This document shows positions 40,473 through 51,011 of a DNA stretch of 64,000 bases, piece by piece. Position numbers and translations under genes: made by a program. The number at the start of each line of letters is the position of its first letter. Positions within the stretch are counted from its first letter, which is position 1. The notes below the pieces were generated by a model. It was given only the letters and a program-made list of their open reading frames with translations, made no database searches and was not told the origin of the DNA. Source of the DNA: a bacterium (GTDB taxonomy: Bacteria; Planctomycetota; UBA1135; UBA2386); the NCBI GenBank assembly GCA_024743115.1, contig JANSXC010000007.1, forward strand, positions 59,771-123,770, written 5' to 3'.

Positions 40473-41825
40473 CTACTCCCGCCGAATCCCGGCGAGCCCG
40501 AGCACGTCGTCCACGACCTTCTCGAGCACGAATAGCACGGCCTGTTCACCCGCGGCGAGCTCGTCGTCGCCGCCAGGGATCACGACGCTGCCATCCTCGC
40601 GCGTGATCGCGGCGACGACGCAGCCGCGCGGGAAGCCGGCATCCTTGACCTTCTTGCCGGCGACCTTGCTGCCGGCCTGGATCTCGATCTCGAGCACCTC
40701 GGCCTTGCCCTCCTCGATCGTGGCGATCGTGGAGATGCTGCGGCTGCGCACGAACGCGAGGATGCGGTTGGCGCAGAGCAGGCGCGGTGACACCGCAACG
40801 TCGATTCCGAGGTGCTGGTAGAGCGACACGTAGTCGGGCTTGTGCACCAACGCCACGGTGCGGCGCGTGCCGAGGTCGCGCGCGAGCTGGCACGACATCA
40901 GATTGCGCTCGTCGTGGACGGAGATCCCGAGAAACGCGTCGCTGTCGCCGACGTGCTCTTCCTGCAGCAGATTGATATCGGTCGCGCTGCCGTGCAGCAC
41001 GACGACATCCTCGAGCGTCTCGGACATGCGCTCGGCGTCCTTGCGATCCTCGACGATGATCTTGACGTTGACGTGCTCGCGCTGGAGCGCCTGACAGACC
41101 TGCTGGGAGATCCGCGCGCCACCGAACACGACGACGTTGCGCGGCGCGCCGAGGCGCGAGCCGCCGATCTTCTTCTCGAACGTGGAGATGGCCTTCGGCT
41201 CGCCGAGCGCGAAGATCTCGTCGTCCGCGCGCAGCTCGTCGGAGCCACCCGGCACGATGACCTCGTGATCGCGATCGATCGCGGTGATCAGCATGCCGCT
41301 CGGGATCTTGAGATCCTTGACCAACTTGCCGGTGTAGGGCCCGGACTCGGGAATGCGAAACCGTCGCATCTGCACGCGGCCCTCCGCGAAGTTCTCGACC
41401 CCGAGCGCCTTGCTCTGACGCACGGTCTTGACGATCTCCTCGGCCGCGAGATCGTCGAGCGACAGCAAGAGGTCATGCGCCAGGTTCTTCTTGAAGAACG
41501 TCTTGCTGCGCCGCACGGCCGAGCTGTCGCGCAGGCGCAGCACGGTCTTCTTGGCACCCATGCGCTTGCCGAACAGACACGTGAGCATGTTGACGCGGTC
41601 GTCGCTGGACACCGCGAGCAGCAGATCGGCACTGTGGGCCTCGGCCCGATCGAGCACGTCGGGACGCGAACCATCACCACTGACGGCCTGGACGTCGAGC
41701 AGGTCGGCGACCCGCCGCATGCGCTGCAGATCCGGGTCGATGACCGTGATCGAGTGGCCCTCCGTGGACAGCACCTTGGCGAGGTAGGAACCAACCTCGC
41801 CGAGGCCGACGATCAGGATGTTCAT
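40473..41825 (-). CDS. trkA: Trk potassium uptake system NAD-binding protein TrkA (two RCK units)
   Basis: Start reset to ATG 41825 (MNILIVGLGEVGSYLAKVL, GxGxxG). Second Rossmann motif VVVFGGARISQQV. 450 aa, typical of TrkA. Confidence 0.9.
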   Translation of the reverse strand: MNILIVGLGEVGSYLAKVLSTEGHSITVIDPDLQRMRRVADLLDVQAVSGDGSRPDVLDRAEAHSADLLLAVSSDDRVNMLTCLFGKRMGAKKTVLRLRDSSAVRRSKTFFKKNLAHDLLLSLDDLAAEEIVKTVRQSKALGVENFAEGRVQMRRFRIPESGPYTGKLVKDLKIPSGMLITAIDRDHEVIVPGGSDELRADDEIFALGEPKAISTFEKKIGGSRLGAPRNVVVFGGARISQQVCQALQREHVNVKIIVEDRKDAERMSETLEDVVVLHGSATDINLLQEEHVGDSDAFLGISVHDERNLMSCQLARDLGTRRTVALVHKPDYVSLYQHLGIDVAVSPRLLCANRILAFVRSRSISTIATIEEGKAEVLEIEIQAGSKVAGKKVKDAGFPRGCVVAAITREDGSVVIPGGDDELAAGEQAVLFVLEKVVDDVLGLAGIRRE

Positions 41826-41856
41826 CAGGGTTGCGGACGATACTGTTTTTGCGGCG

Positions 41857-42434
41857 TTGATCCTCCTTCTGGACAACAAGGACTCGTTCGTTTGGAACCT
41901 CGCGCAGGCCCTGCGCGGGCTCGGCGCCCGCACCGACGTCGTGCGCAGCGATGCCGCGGATCTCACCACGGTCGACGCCGCGAGCGCGCTCGTCGTCTCC
42001 CCGGGCCCCGGTCGGCCGGAGCACGCCGGAATCGCGATCCAGGCCGTGCAGCGCGCGTCGGGCCGCATTCCGGTGCTGGGTGTCTGCCTCGGCCACCAGG
42101 CGATCGCCGCGGCGTTCGGCGCCACGATCGAGCGCGGCGAACCGGTCCACGGCCGAACCAGCGCCATCCATCACGACGGTACCGGACCATTCCGCGGCCT
42201 GCCGAACCCGGTCGAGATGTGCCGTTACCACGCGCTCTACGTCGCCCGCGAGCTGCCGGCCGAGCTCACGGCCATGGCGCACACCCGAACCGGCGAGATC
42301 ATGGCCGTGCGGCATCGCGAGCACCCGACCTGGGGCGTGCAATTCCATCCCGAGTCTTTCCGTTCGCCGCACGGCACCGCGATGCTCCAGAACTTCCTGA
42401 CCCTGATCCCGACCGCGCCCGAGGCCGTCGACCA

Positions 42435-42438
<4 letters not shown>
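41857..42438 (+). CDS. Glutamine amidotransferase component II of anthranilate / aminodeoxychorismate synthase
   Basis: ILLLDNKDSFVWNLAQAL..., PVLGVCLGHQAI (catalytic Cys) and VQFHPES. Start placed at in-frame TTG 41857. The track start at 41818 would overlap trkA. Confidence 0.8.
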
Positions 42439-43318
<880 letters not shown>

Positions 43319-43322
<4 letters not shown>

Positions 43323-44131
43323 TCGCCGGCAAGACGTGGCGCGAGATCCGCTGGATGACACTGATCTACCTGCTGATCTTCGAGCTGCTCGCGATCCCGG
43401 TCCTGCTGCTCTGGCCGGATCTCTACGACGACTTCCAGCGCTCGACGCTGTTCAAGAATTTCCCCGTCCACTCGCTCAAGCGGATCTTCGAGGGCGTCTC
43501 CGACAAGAACGAGGAGATCGCCTTCACCAACTGGGCAGCGGCGATGCTCTACTTCCGCAGCGTCAACCTGGTCGGCATCGCGGGCGCGGTGCTGTTCGGT
43601 ACAGCCCTGTTCGCGCGTGAACGCGAAACTCGAACGCTCGAGTTCCTGCTCGCACGGCCGGTCTCACGGCTCAGCATCCTCTGGCAGAAGACCTGGCCGA
43701 CGACGCTCGCGGTCCTGGTCCCGATCTTCCTGGTCAATTGGTCGGCGATCTACTGGAGCCAGCTCATCGACCGCGAACTGAAGTTCGCAGAGATCACCTG
43801 GGCCAGCGTGCACGGCGCCGCGTTCGTCTGGATGTTCCTCGCGTTCACGACCTGGATGTCGGTGCGCTGCCGCACGCAGGCCCACGTCGCGTTCTGGGTC
43901 GGCGGCATCACGATCGTGCAGCTCGGGCTCTACATGACCCAGCGCATCCGGCCCTACAGCCTGTTCCGGCTGTCCGACTTCGAGTGGTACGGCCCGATCC
44001 TCGCCGGGCACCTCAAGCCGTGGCAGATGTTCGATCCGATCAACGGCATCGGCTTCACGACGTGGGTGCTGCTCGCTACCGCACTGTTCTACTTCCTCGC
44101 ATGGCGCGCGCTTCGTCGCCTCGAACCCTGA
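43319..44131 (+). CDS. ABC-2-type transporter permease
   Basis: 270 aa and multi-TM. ATGA overlap with the ATPase gene. Confidence 0.75.
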
Positions 44132-44144
44132 GCCGATCGAACCC

Positions 44145-45524
44145 GTGATCTGGCTCGAAGTCCTCGCCACGCTGCTCCGCGAGATCGTGCGCGCGCTCGT
44201 CGTGCCGATCCGACTGCTGTGCTATCTGCCCAGGCGTCACCACTGGCGTCGCGTCGCCCGCGAAGTGCTCGACGGCGTCGCGCAGGAACGGACCGACACG
44301 ACTGCCGATCCGCACGTGGCCCTCGCGGCGTTCTTCGCCAAGGCCCGCCCGCCGCGCGGCGCACGGCCGCACCTGTTCCTGTCGGCCGGCGAGGCCAGCG
44401 GCGAAAACCATGCCGAACGCCTGCTGCATGAACTCGGCGACGCGGTGCGCTGCACGGCGTTCGGCGGTAGCCGGTTGCAGCAGGCGGGCGCCGAACTGCG
44501 GTTTGGCCTCACCGAGCACGCGGTCATGGGAATCGTCGGTGTACTCAAGCAGCTGCCGCTGATCCTGCGCGCGGTCGCTTCCTACCTGCGGCTCCTGCGC
44601 GACGACCCACCCGACCTCGTCGTGCTCGTCGACTTCCCGGGCTTGCACGTCGTGATGGCCAAGCTCGCGAAACGCCGCGGCATCCCGGTGCTGCACTACG
44701 TGGCGCCACAGTACTGGGCGTGGGGTCCGTGGCGCATGCGGCGGTATCGCCGCGCGGTCGACGCAACTCTCACGATCCTGCCGTTCGAGACCGCGTTCTT
44801 CGAACGCTTTAGGATCCCGGCGGCCTACGTCGGGCACCCACTGCTCGACGAACCGGAAGAACCCCACGAACAACAGGAAGTGCGCGACACGAAAGCGGCC
44901 AGGGAGCGCGATGCCGACACGCTCGTGCTGCTGCCCGGCAGCCGGCGCCACGACATCCGCCGCAACCTGCCCGGCATGCTGCGGACGGCAGCAGCGCTAC
45001 GTCGAGACCACCCCGGACTCCGGGTCGTGGTGCCGCACGAAAATCCGCGGCGGGCCGAACTGCTCCGCGAACTGCTCGCCGCCGCGAACGTGGACTACGT
45101 GGAGCACCACATCGGCCCACTCGCACCGTGGCTCGAGCGCGCGCGACTCGTCGTCGCCAAGTCCGGCACCGGCTCCCTGGCCTCGTGCCTGCGCGGCGCC
45201 CCCACGGTCGTGGTCTACCAGCTCGCGGGCTTCCTCAGCGCGCTCGGCTACCACAACATCCTCAGCGTGCCATGGATCGCGGCCGCCAACCTGATCGCGG
45301 GCCGCGAGGTCGTGCCCGAACACTGCTTCACGGGCGATGAAGGCTGGCGCGGCGTGCAGGACAGCGTGCGGCGCCTGTGGCCCGAAGGCGAACCGCGCGA
45401 CACGATGATCGCCGGCCTGCAGGGCGTTCGGCAACGACTCGGCAGCGGCGGCGCGAGCGCACGCACCGCCGGTATCATCCGGCGGTTTCTCGGAGTACCG
45501 GCGGCGCCGAGCGCCGAATCGTGA
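44145..45524 (+). CDS. lpxB: Lipid-A-disaccharide synthase
   Basis: LFLSAGEASGENHAERLL, DLVVLVDFPGLHVVMAKLAKRRGIPVLHYVAPQYWAWGPWR and AAYVGHPLLDE. The roughly 75-aa N-terminal extension disappears if the start is the alternative in-frame GTG at 44316. Confidence 0.85.
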   Translation: MIWLEVLATLLREIVRALVVPIRLLCYLPRRHHWRRVAREVLDGVAQERTDTTADPHVALAAFFAKARPPRGARPHLFLSAGEASGENHAERLLHELGDAVRCTAFGGSRLQQAGAELRFGLTEHAVMGIVGVLKQLPLILRAVASYLRLLRDDPPDLVVLVDFPGLHVVMAKLAKRRGIPVLHYVAPQYWAWGPWRMRRYRRAVDATLTILPFETAFFERFRIPAAYVGHPLLDEPEEPHEQQEVRDTKAARERDADTLVLLPGSRRHDIRRNLPGMLRTAAALRRDHPGLRVVVPHENPRRAELLRELLAAANVDYVEHHIGPLAPWLERARLVVAKSGTGSLASCLRGAPTVVVYQLAGFLSALGYHNILSVPWIAAANLIAGREVVPEHCFTGDEGWRGVQDSVRRLWPEGEPRDTMIAGLQGVRQRLGSGGASARTAGIIRRFLGVPAAPSAES

Positions 45525-45598
45525 GCCAGCAGCGGCGCACGGGCGCACCTGACCACCATCCCCGCAACAACCGCGCCCGACAGTCGTAAGATACTCCC

Positions 45599-46684
45599 AT
45601 GCTCGGCTCCCGGCTGACGACGACCCTGGCGGCGATCGCGCTGCTGACGCCCCTCGCGACGTCACAGTTACCCGCCAAGAACGATCCCACCACGCGGGCC
45701 GCGGGCCAGGTGCTGTCCTTCGACGGCCGCCCCGCCGACTTCGCGACCGTGACGGTGTTCGACACCGAGGGCCGCCGGACCACCGAGTTCGTCACGACGG
45801 AACTCGGGCGGTTCGACTACCGGTCAAAAGGCGCGATCGGCCACCTGCAGGTGCAAGACGAAGGAGTCCGGGTCAAGGTCGAGTTCACCGGATCGACCGA
45901 CCCGGAGCGCCTCCGCGTCTCGTTCGAAGACGTGCCGCACTTCACGATGCGGGGCCGCATCCTCGATCCCGGCGGGCTGCCGATGCACGCGACGGACGTG
46001 CTCCTGCGCGGCGAGTTCGACGAGACACTCGTCAACGTGACGACGGACGCGAACGGCCGCTATGTCGCGCGGATCGACCGCGGCATCTGGTCGCTCGTGG
46101 TCGACCCGATGGGCCTGGCGTGGGCCGAACCGCGTGAGGTCGGCGGATCGGGCACGATCGACATCGATCTGCGCAACGTCGGCGGCGACTTTTTCAGCAT
46201 CGCGGGCCGCGCGCTCGACAAGAACGGCTCACCGATCACGAACGCCTGGATCCACGCCGCCTCACAGCAGCACGTGCGACTCGAGCGTCCGGCGCGCAAG
46301 GATGGCTCGTTCCTGCTCTGGTCCCGCCGCCCGATCGACTACCTGCTCGTGCTGCGGGACGGCGATCCCATCGCGCTGCGATACGGCCGCATCGATCACG
46401 ACACCAGCCTCGAGGTCGACGCCCGCCGACACGGCTTCGTGACGGTCACCGGCCGGGTGCTCGACGGCCAAGGCCAAGGCGTGCCCTATGCCAACCTGCT
46501 GCCGGCAGACGAGGGCGGGCGCCCCCTGACCCGACTGCGCATGCTCGCGCGCTGCGATCCGGACGGCAACTTCCGCGCCCGTGTACCGCGCACGATCCCC
46601 AACCTCTACGCCTGGGTGCAGCCCGAGGGCACGGCAGTGGCTGCTTGGCGAATCGACGAATCGGTCGAACTCGTGTTGCGCTAG
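45599..46684 (+). CDS. Secreted CarboxypepD_reg-like repeat protein
   Basis: Signal peptide MLGSRLTTTLAAIALLTPLATSQ. Repeats such as MRGRILDPGGLPMHATDVLL...TTDANGRYV. Confidence 0.7.
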   Translation: MLGSRLTTTLAAIALLTPLATSQLPAKNDPTTRAAGQVLSFDGRPADFATVTVFDTEGRRTTEFVTTELGRFDYRSKGAIGHLQVQDEGVRVKVEFTGSTDPERLRVSFEDVPHFTMRGRILDPGGLPMHATDVLLRGEFDETLVNVTTDANGRYVARIDRGIWSLVVDPMGLAWAEPREVGGSGTIDIDLRNVGGDFFSIAGRALDKNGSPITNAWIHAASQQHVRLERPARKDGSFLLWSRRPIDYLLVLRDGDPIALRYGRIDHDTSLEVDARRHGFVTVTGRVLDGQGQGVPYANLLPADEGGRPLTRLRMLARCDPDGNFRARVPRTIPNLYAWVQPEGTAVAAWRIDESVELVLR

Positions 46685-46759
46685 CGTGGTGCGTCAAACC
46701 GCTGGGTCCTTGCCAGCGAGGCGGCGCAACGCCTGACGCACGACACTAGCCTGCTCGCA

Positions 46760-47572
46760 TCAGCCAGCAGAGCTACGCCGCACCCGCCCCCGCAACCGCG
46801 GCACGAGCAACAGCGCCTCGCGCGCCACACGGCCGTCCATCTTCGAAGCGCCGACCTGGCGATCGACGAAGTGGATCGGCAATTCGCGGATCCGGAAGCC
46901 CGCACGCTTCATGCGGTAGGCCATCTCGATCTGGAACGCGTAGCCATGCGCCGCGACCTTCTCGAGGTCGAGTTGCTGAAGCGCACTGGTGTCGAAACAG
47001 CGATAGCCGGCGGTGTTGTCGCGAATTCCGGTGGCGAGCCAGAACCGCGCATACAGGTTGGCCCCGCGCGACAACAAACGGCGCTTGAAGTCCCAACCGA
47101 CGGTGCAGCCACCCTCGACGTAACGGCTGCCGATCACGAGTTCGGCATCGGCCGATGCGGCGACCAGCCGCGGCAGGTCCCACGGCGCGTGGCTGAAGTC
47201 GGCGTCCATCTCACAGACGCGCTCGTAGCCGCGGTCGATCGCGAACGCGAACCCCGCGAGGTACGCGGTGCCCAGCCCTTGCTTGCCCTGCCGATGCAGG
47301 ACGTGCACGCGTGAGTCGTCGGCTGCGAGCCGATCCGCGATGTCGCCCGTGCCATCCGGCGAACCATCGTCGACGATGAGCACGTCGCAATCGAGATAGG
47401 CGTGGATCGCCCGCACGATCGGCTCGACGTTGTCCTTCTCGTTGTAGGTCGGGATGACGACGAGCGTACGCCAAGGCAGCTGGTGCGGCTGCGATGGCAG
47501 CGGCCCACGGCCCGCGAGGAGGCCCTCCGCGGCCGCATCGCGCGCGATCCCCTCGGACTGCCCCGCGAGCAC
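46760..47572 (-). CDS. GT2 polyprenol-/dolichol-phosphate mannosyltransferase-like glycosyltransferase
   Basis: LVVIPTYNEKDNVEPIV, LIVDDGSPDGTGDIA and MDADFSHAP. The start is uncertain. GTG 47572 was chosen, with other in-frame GTGs at 47644 and 47653. The track ORF to 48217 overlaps the rhodanese gene and is shadow-like. Confidence 0.8.
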   Translation of the reverse strand: MLAGQSEGIARDAAAEGLLAGRGPLPSQPHQLPWRTLVVIPTYNEKDNVEPIVRAIHAYLDCDVLIVDDGSPDGTGDIADRLAADDSRVHVLHRQGKQGLGTAYLAGFAFAIDRGYERVCEMDADFSHAPWDLPRLVAASADAELVIGSRYVEGGCTVGWDFKRRLLSRGANLYARFWLATGIRDNTAGYRCFDTSALQQLDLEKVAAHGYAFQIEMAYRMKRAGFRIRELPIHFVDRQVGASKMDGRVAREALLLVPRLRGRVRRSSAG

Positions 47573-47797
47573 GACGACCTGGCTGCTGTCGAGCCCGCGA
47601 CGAACCAGCTCTTCGCCGGCAGCAAAGTCCGGAACTACGCGCACGTCGACCACGGCGACATCGTCCCCGGCCCACCGGCCGCTTTCAACGTTCGAGCATC
47701 GGCGTTGATCGCACCCGCAGCGGTTGGTTCGATGCAGCGGATTCCATGCTGGCGATTCGATGCTGGCGTTCCGCGCCGTGCGTCCTAACCGCAGACG

Positions 47798-48115
47798 ATG
47801 AACTTTCGCGATCTCGACCCCGAAACCGCGCAGCAGGAACTCGCAGGCTCTTCCGGCCTGCGGGTGCTCGACGTGCGGACTCCCGAGGAGCACGCCTCCC
47901 ACCGCCTGCCCGACGCCACGCTCGTGCCCGTGCAGGAGCTGCATCTTCGCATCGGCGAGCTGGATCCCGACACCGACTGGCTCGTGGTCTGCGCTCATGG
48001 GCAACGCAGCGTCTACGCGTGTGAGTTCCTGGCGCAGAACGGCTTCTCGAAGCTCAGCAACCTGCGCGGTGGCCTGGCGCACTGGGTCGGTAAAGGGCTG
48101 CCGATCGAGCAATGA
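47798..48115 (+). CDS. Single-domain rhodanese (sulfurtransferase)
   Basis: 105 aa. LRVLDVRTPEEHASHRLPDA. Active-site loop VVCAHGQRS. GGLAHW. Confidence 0.85.
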   Translation: MNFRDLDPETAQQELAGSSGLRVLDVRTPEEHASHRLPDATLVPVQELHLRIGELDPDTDWLVVCAHGQRSVYACEFLAQNGFSKLSNLRGGLAHWVGKGLPIEQ

Positions 48116-48131
48116 CCGCGCCCGGCCGCCG

Positions 48132-48749
48132 TCAGTTCGCGCCCGCTGACTCCCAGCGATAGCCGAAGTGATCGAAGATCGCACGGTCTTTGGCCAGCAC
48201 GAGGTCGCGCAGCTCATCGTCGTAGTACTGCGAGTAGTGCCCGTGCTTGCTCGTGTTCTGACTCGGCAGTGAATCGATCGCGCACTGCATCGCGGCCGGT
48301 ACCTCGCAGCACTCCTGCATCAGACGCGACAGATCCTGGCGCAGCGCCTCCATCCTCCCGACCCGCGAACCCTCGAGCCCAGGCCCCAGCATGTGCCACA
48401 GCGTCTGCAGGAACGGCCCCTCGCCATGCTCGAGCGCCGGCCGCGCTCGGAACGTGTTTCGCATCGTCGCCGCAAAACCGAGTGCGCCGTTGTCACTGAC
48501 CTGCAGGAAGAAGTCGTCGCGCGTCTTCTTCTGGAAGTAGTACCACGACACGTACCACGCGAACGGATTGCGCACGAACGCGAGGCGTGGCAGCTCGCGA
48601 TGGCTCGCCGGCACATCCGCGTAGGTCAAGTGATCGTCAAGCCGCTGCACTTGCCAGTCCGGCGCCGCATGCTCCTCGAGGATCCGGCGGACGAAGTTGC
48701 CGCCGGTCTTCGGGATGTGCACGAAGACGAAATGGCGTGTCAGGATCAC
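48132..48749 (-). CDS. Sulfotransferase family protein (carbohydrate-sulfotransferase-like)
   Basis: GTG 48749 gives VILTRHFVFVHIPKTGGNFVRR, a PAPS 5'-phosphosulfate-binding type motif. It lies 7 nt downstream of the aminotransferase stop. Confidence 0.7.
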   Translation of the reverse strand: MILTRHFVFVHIPKTGGNFVRRILEEHAAPDWQVQRLDDHLTYADVPASHRELPRLAFVRNPFAWYVSWYYFQKKTRDDFFLQVSDNGALGFAATMRNTFRARPALEHGEGPFLQTLWHMLGPGLEGSRVGRMEALRQDLSRLMQECCEVPAAMQCAIDSLPSQNTSKHGHYSQYYDDELRDLVLAKDRAIFDHFGYRWESAGAN

Positions 48750-48756
48750 GGGTCGC

Positions 48757-49911
48757 TCAGCGCCGCGGCCAGGCCGCCGCGACCTCGCGGCATTCCTCGA
48801 CGGTCGGCACGAGCGCGAGCCGCACGAAGCGCTCCTGGCCCTCGCCGAAGAAACTGCCGGGCGCGACCAGAATGCCGACTTCGCGCAGGCGCGCGGCGTA
48901 GTCGGTGTCCGTCGTATCGTCAGGCACCTCGACCCAGAGGTAGAGTCCCGCGGTGCTGCCATGCACGCGCAAGCCACGTTCGACGAGTGCCGCGAGGAGA
49001 ACCTCGCGCTTCTTCACGAACACCGCGCGCCGCGCCTCGACGTGCTCGGTATCGGTCCACGCGACCGCCGCCGCCGCCTGCACGAACTCCTGCGGCGTCG
49101 TGCCCATGCTCGCGCGGAAGCGCCGGTACGTCGACACGAGCTTCGCATCGCCCGCGAGGAAACCCGACCGGTAACCCGTCATGCCCGACCGCTTGCTCAG
49201 CGAGTGCAGTACGAGGCAGCCTTCGCGGCCGAACTCTAGCAGAGACCGTGGAGCGTCACCCTCGTAGTGCAGGTCGACGTAGCACTCGTCGCTGACGAGC
49301 ACGAAGCCGAACCGCTCGCGCGCCGTGACCCACTTCTCGTACATCTTCGGCGCGAGCAGGAAGCCGGTCGGGTTGTGCGGGTAGTTGAGGTAGACGATCG
49401 CGGCCCGCTGCAGCAGGGAGTCCGGCAGCCCGTCTGGATCCATCGCGTAGCCGTTGTCGACACCGAGTGTCACGGCGTGGGTCTTCGCCCCGGCGAACAG
49501 CGCGCCGATCTCGTAGACGGGATACGCCGGTTCGCCGTAGACCACGGTGTCCTTTGCGCTGGCGGCCCCGTCGCCCGGGATCTGCACGAAAGTCATCGGC
49601 AGATGGAAGATCGCCTCCTTGCTACCGAAGGTCGGCAACACCTCGGTCGCGGGATCGATCTCGACACCGAAGCGGCGCTGCAGGTAACCCGCGGCGGCCT
49701 CACGCAGCGCGGGGACACCGACGCTCGCCGGGTACTGACTGACCTCGGGCACCGCGTCGATCATCGCCTGCCGGAGCAGCGCGGGGGTCGGCTCGCGCGG
49801 ATCTCCCGTGCCGAAATCGTAGAGCTGGACCCCGCGTTCCGCGATCTCTTGTCGCCACTCCTCGAGCCGCACCATCGGGTACGGTGGCTGATTGGCCAGG
49901 CGTTCGTTCAC
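48757..49911 (-). CDS. Class I/II PLP-dependent aminotransferase (DapC / succinyldiaminopimelate transaminase-like)
   Basis: GTG 49911 overlaps the upstream stop (GTGA). PLP-lysine motif [25 protein letters not shown]. Confidence 0.85.
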   Translation of the reverse strand: MNERLANQPPYPMVRLEEWRQEIAERGVQLYDFGTGDPREPTPALLRQAMIDAVPEVSQYPASVGVPALREAAAGYLQRRFGVEIDPATEVLPTFGSKEAIFHLPMTFVQIPGDGAASAKDTVVYGEPAYPVYEIGALFAGAKTHAVTLGVDNGYAMDPDGLPDSLLQRAAIVYLNYPHNPTGFLLAPKMYEKWVTARERFGFVLVSDECYVDLHYEGDAPRSLLEFGREGCLVLHSLSKRSGMTGYRSGFLAGDAKLVSTYRRFRASMGTTPQEFVQAAAAVAWTDTEHVEARRAVFVKKREVLLAALVERGLRVHGSTAGLYLWVEVPDDTTDTDYAARLREVGILVAPGSFFGEGQERFVRLALVPTVEECREVAAAWPRR

Positions 49912-50855
49912 GTCTTCTGCTCCATCTCGGAACGCACGGTTTCGAGCAATGCCTTCGTCGCGAGAATGCCGGCGTCTTCGTCGAGTTTCTTGCCCTCGTA
50001 CTCGATGCCGATGTAGCCGCGCCAACCGTGCTGCTGCACGACGACGTCGAGCATGCGGCGGTAGTCGGTGTGGATCTCGTTGCCCGCCTCGTCGAAGTCG
50101 TGCGACTTGGCGCTGACTCCCTTGGCGAACGGCATGAGCTCGTCGGTGCCCTGGTAGCGATCGTACATCTCGCCCTTCCGCACCCGGAAGTTCCCGAAGT
50201 CTGGCAGCGAACCGACGCGCGGGTGCTCGACCATCTTCAACGTCCCACTGAGCCACTTGCCGTTCGACGACAGTCCGCCGTGGTTCTCGACGATCACGTT
50301 GATACCGAGGCCATCGCCATACTCGCAGAGCTGCCGCAGACCGTCTGCTGCGAGCTTCTGCTGTTCTTCGAAACTACCGCGACTCTGTGCGTTGACCCGG
50401 ATCGAGTGGCAACCGAGCACCTTGGCGGCCTCGACCCACTTGTGATGATTCGTCACCGCCTGCGCGCGCTTTTTGCTGTCCGGGTCGCCGAGCGCACCCT
50501 CGCCGTCGCACATGATGAGCAGGCTCTGCACGCCTTCACCGAGGCAACGCTTGTTGAGCTCCGCGAGATATTCCGAGTCGCGCGCCTTGTCCTTGAAGAA
50601 CGCTTTCACGTACTCGATCGCGTCGATGCCGAGTTGCCGCGCCTTCTGCGGAAAGGCAAGGTTGTCGAGCTTCTTGCTGAATAACGCCTTGTGCAGCGAC
50701 CACTCGGCGAGGCTGATCCGGAACAGCGGACCGGGGTCGCCCAACATCGAACACGCCGACATCGGCGCACTCGCGAGCAGCGGAGCGGCTGCCGCGGCGC
50801 CCGCGACCCCGAGAAAACGACGACGCTCGAGCGAGCTCGGATCAGAAGTGCCCAT
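49908..50855 (-). CDS. TAT-signal xylose-isomerase-like TIM-barrel protein (sugar phosphate isomerase/epimerase family)
   Basis: ATG 50855 gives [28 protein letters not shown] (twin-arginine). AP-endonuclease-2/TIM-barrel-like IRVNAQ...VIVENHGG...IGIEYEG. Confidence 0.8.
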   Translation of the reverse strand: MGTSDPSSLERRRFLGVAGAAAAAPLLASAPMSACSMLGDPGPLFRISLAEWSLHKALFSKKLDNLAFPQKARQLGIDAIEYVKAFFKDKARDSEYLAELNKRCLGEGVQSLLIMCDGEGALGDPDSKKRAQAVTNHHKWVEAAKVLGCHSIRVNAQSRGSFEEQQKLAADGLRQLCEYGDGLGINVIVENHGGLSSNGKWLSGTLKMVEHPRVGSLPDFGNFRVRKGEMYDRYQGTDELMPFAKGVSAKSHDFDEAGNEIHTDYRRMLDVVVQQHGWRGYIGIEYEGKKLDEDAGILATKALLETVRSEMEQKT

Positions 50856-51011
50856 GGTGCGGGCATTGGAGAGTGCGACCCCCATCGAGGCAACCCTTGC
50901 AGGCAACCCTCGCGATCGATCGCCACTGTGGCTATCCTGCTCGCGCGATTTCCGAGCCGCAGCGCTCGCTCAACCCTTCCGAACTACTGCGACCCCCCAA
51001 TCGATCGATCC

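Noticed and set aside
46760-48217. Full 485-aa version of the GT2 ORF.
   Set aside because: The upstream 215 codons overlap the well-supported rhodanese gene on the other strand and lack glycosyltransferase features. The GT2 core begins about 40 residues after GTG 47572.
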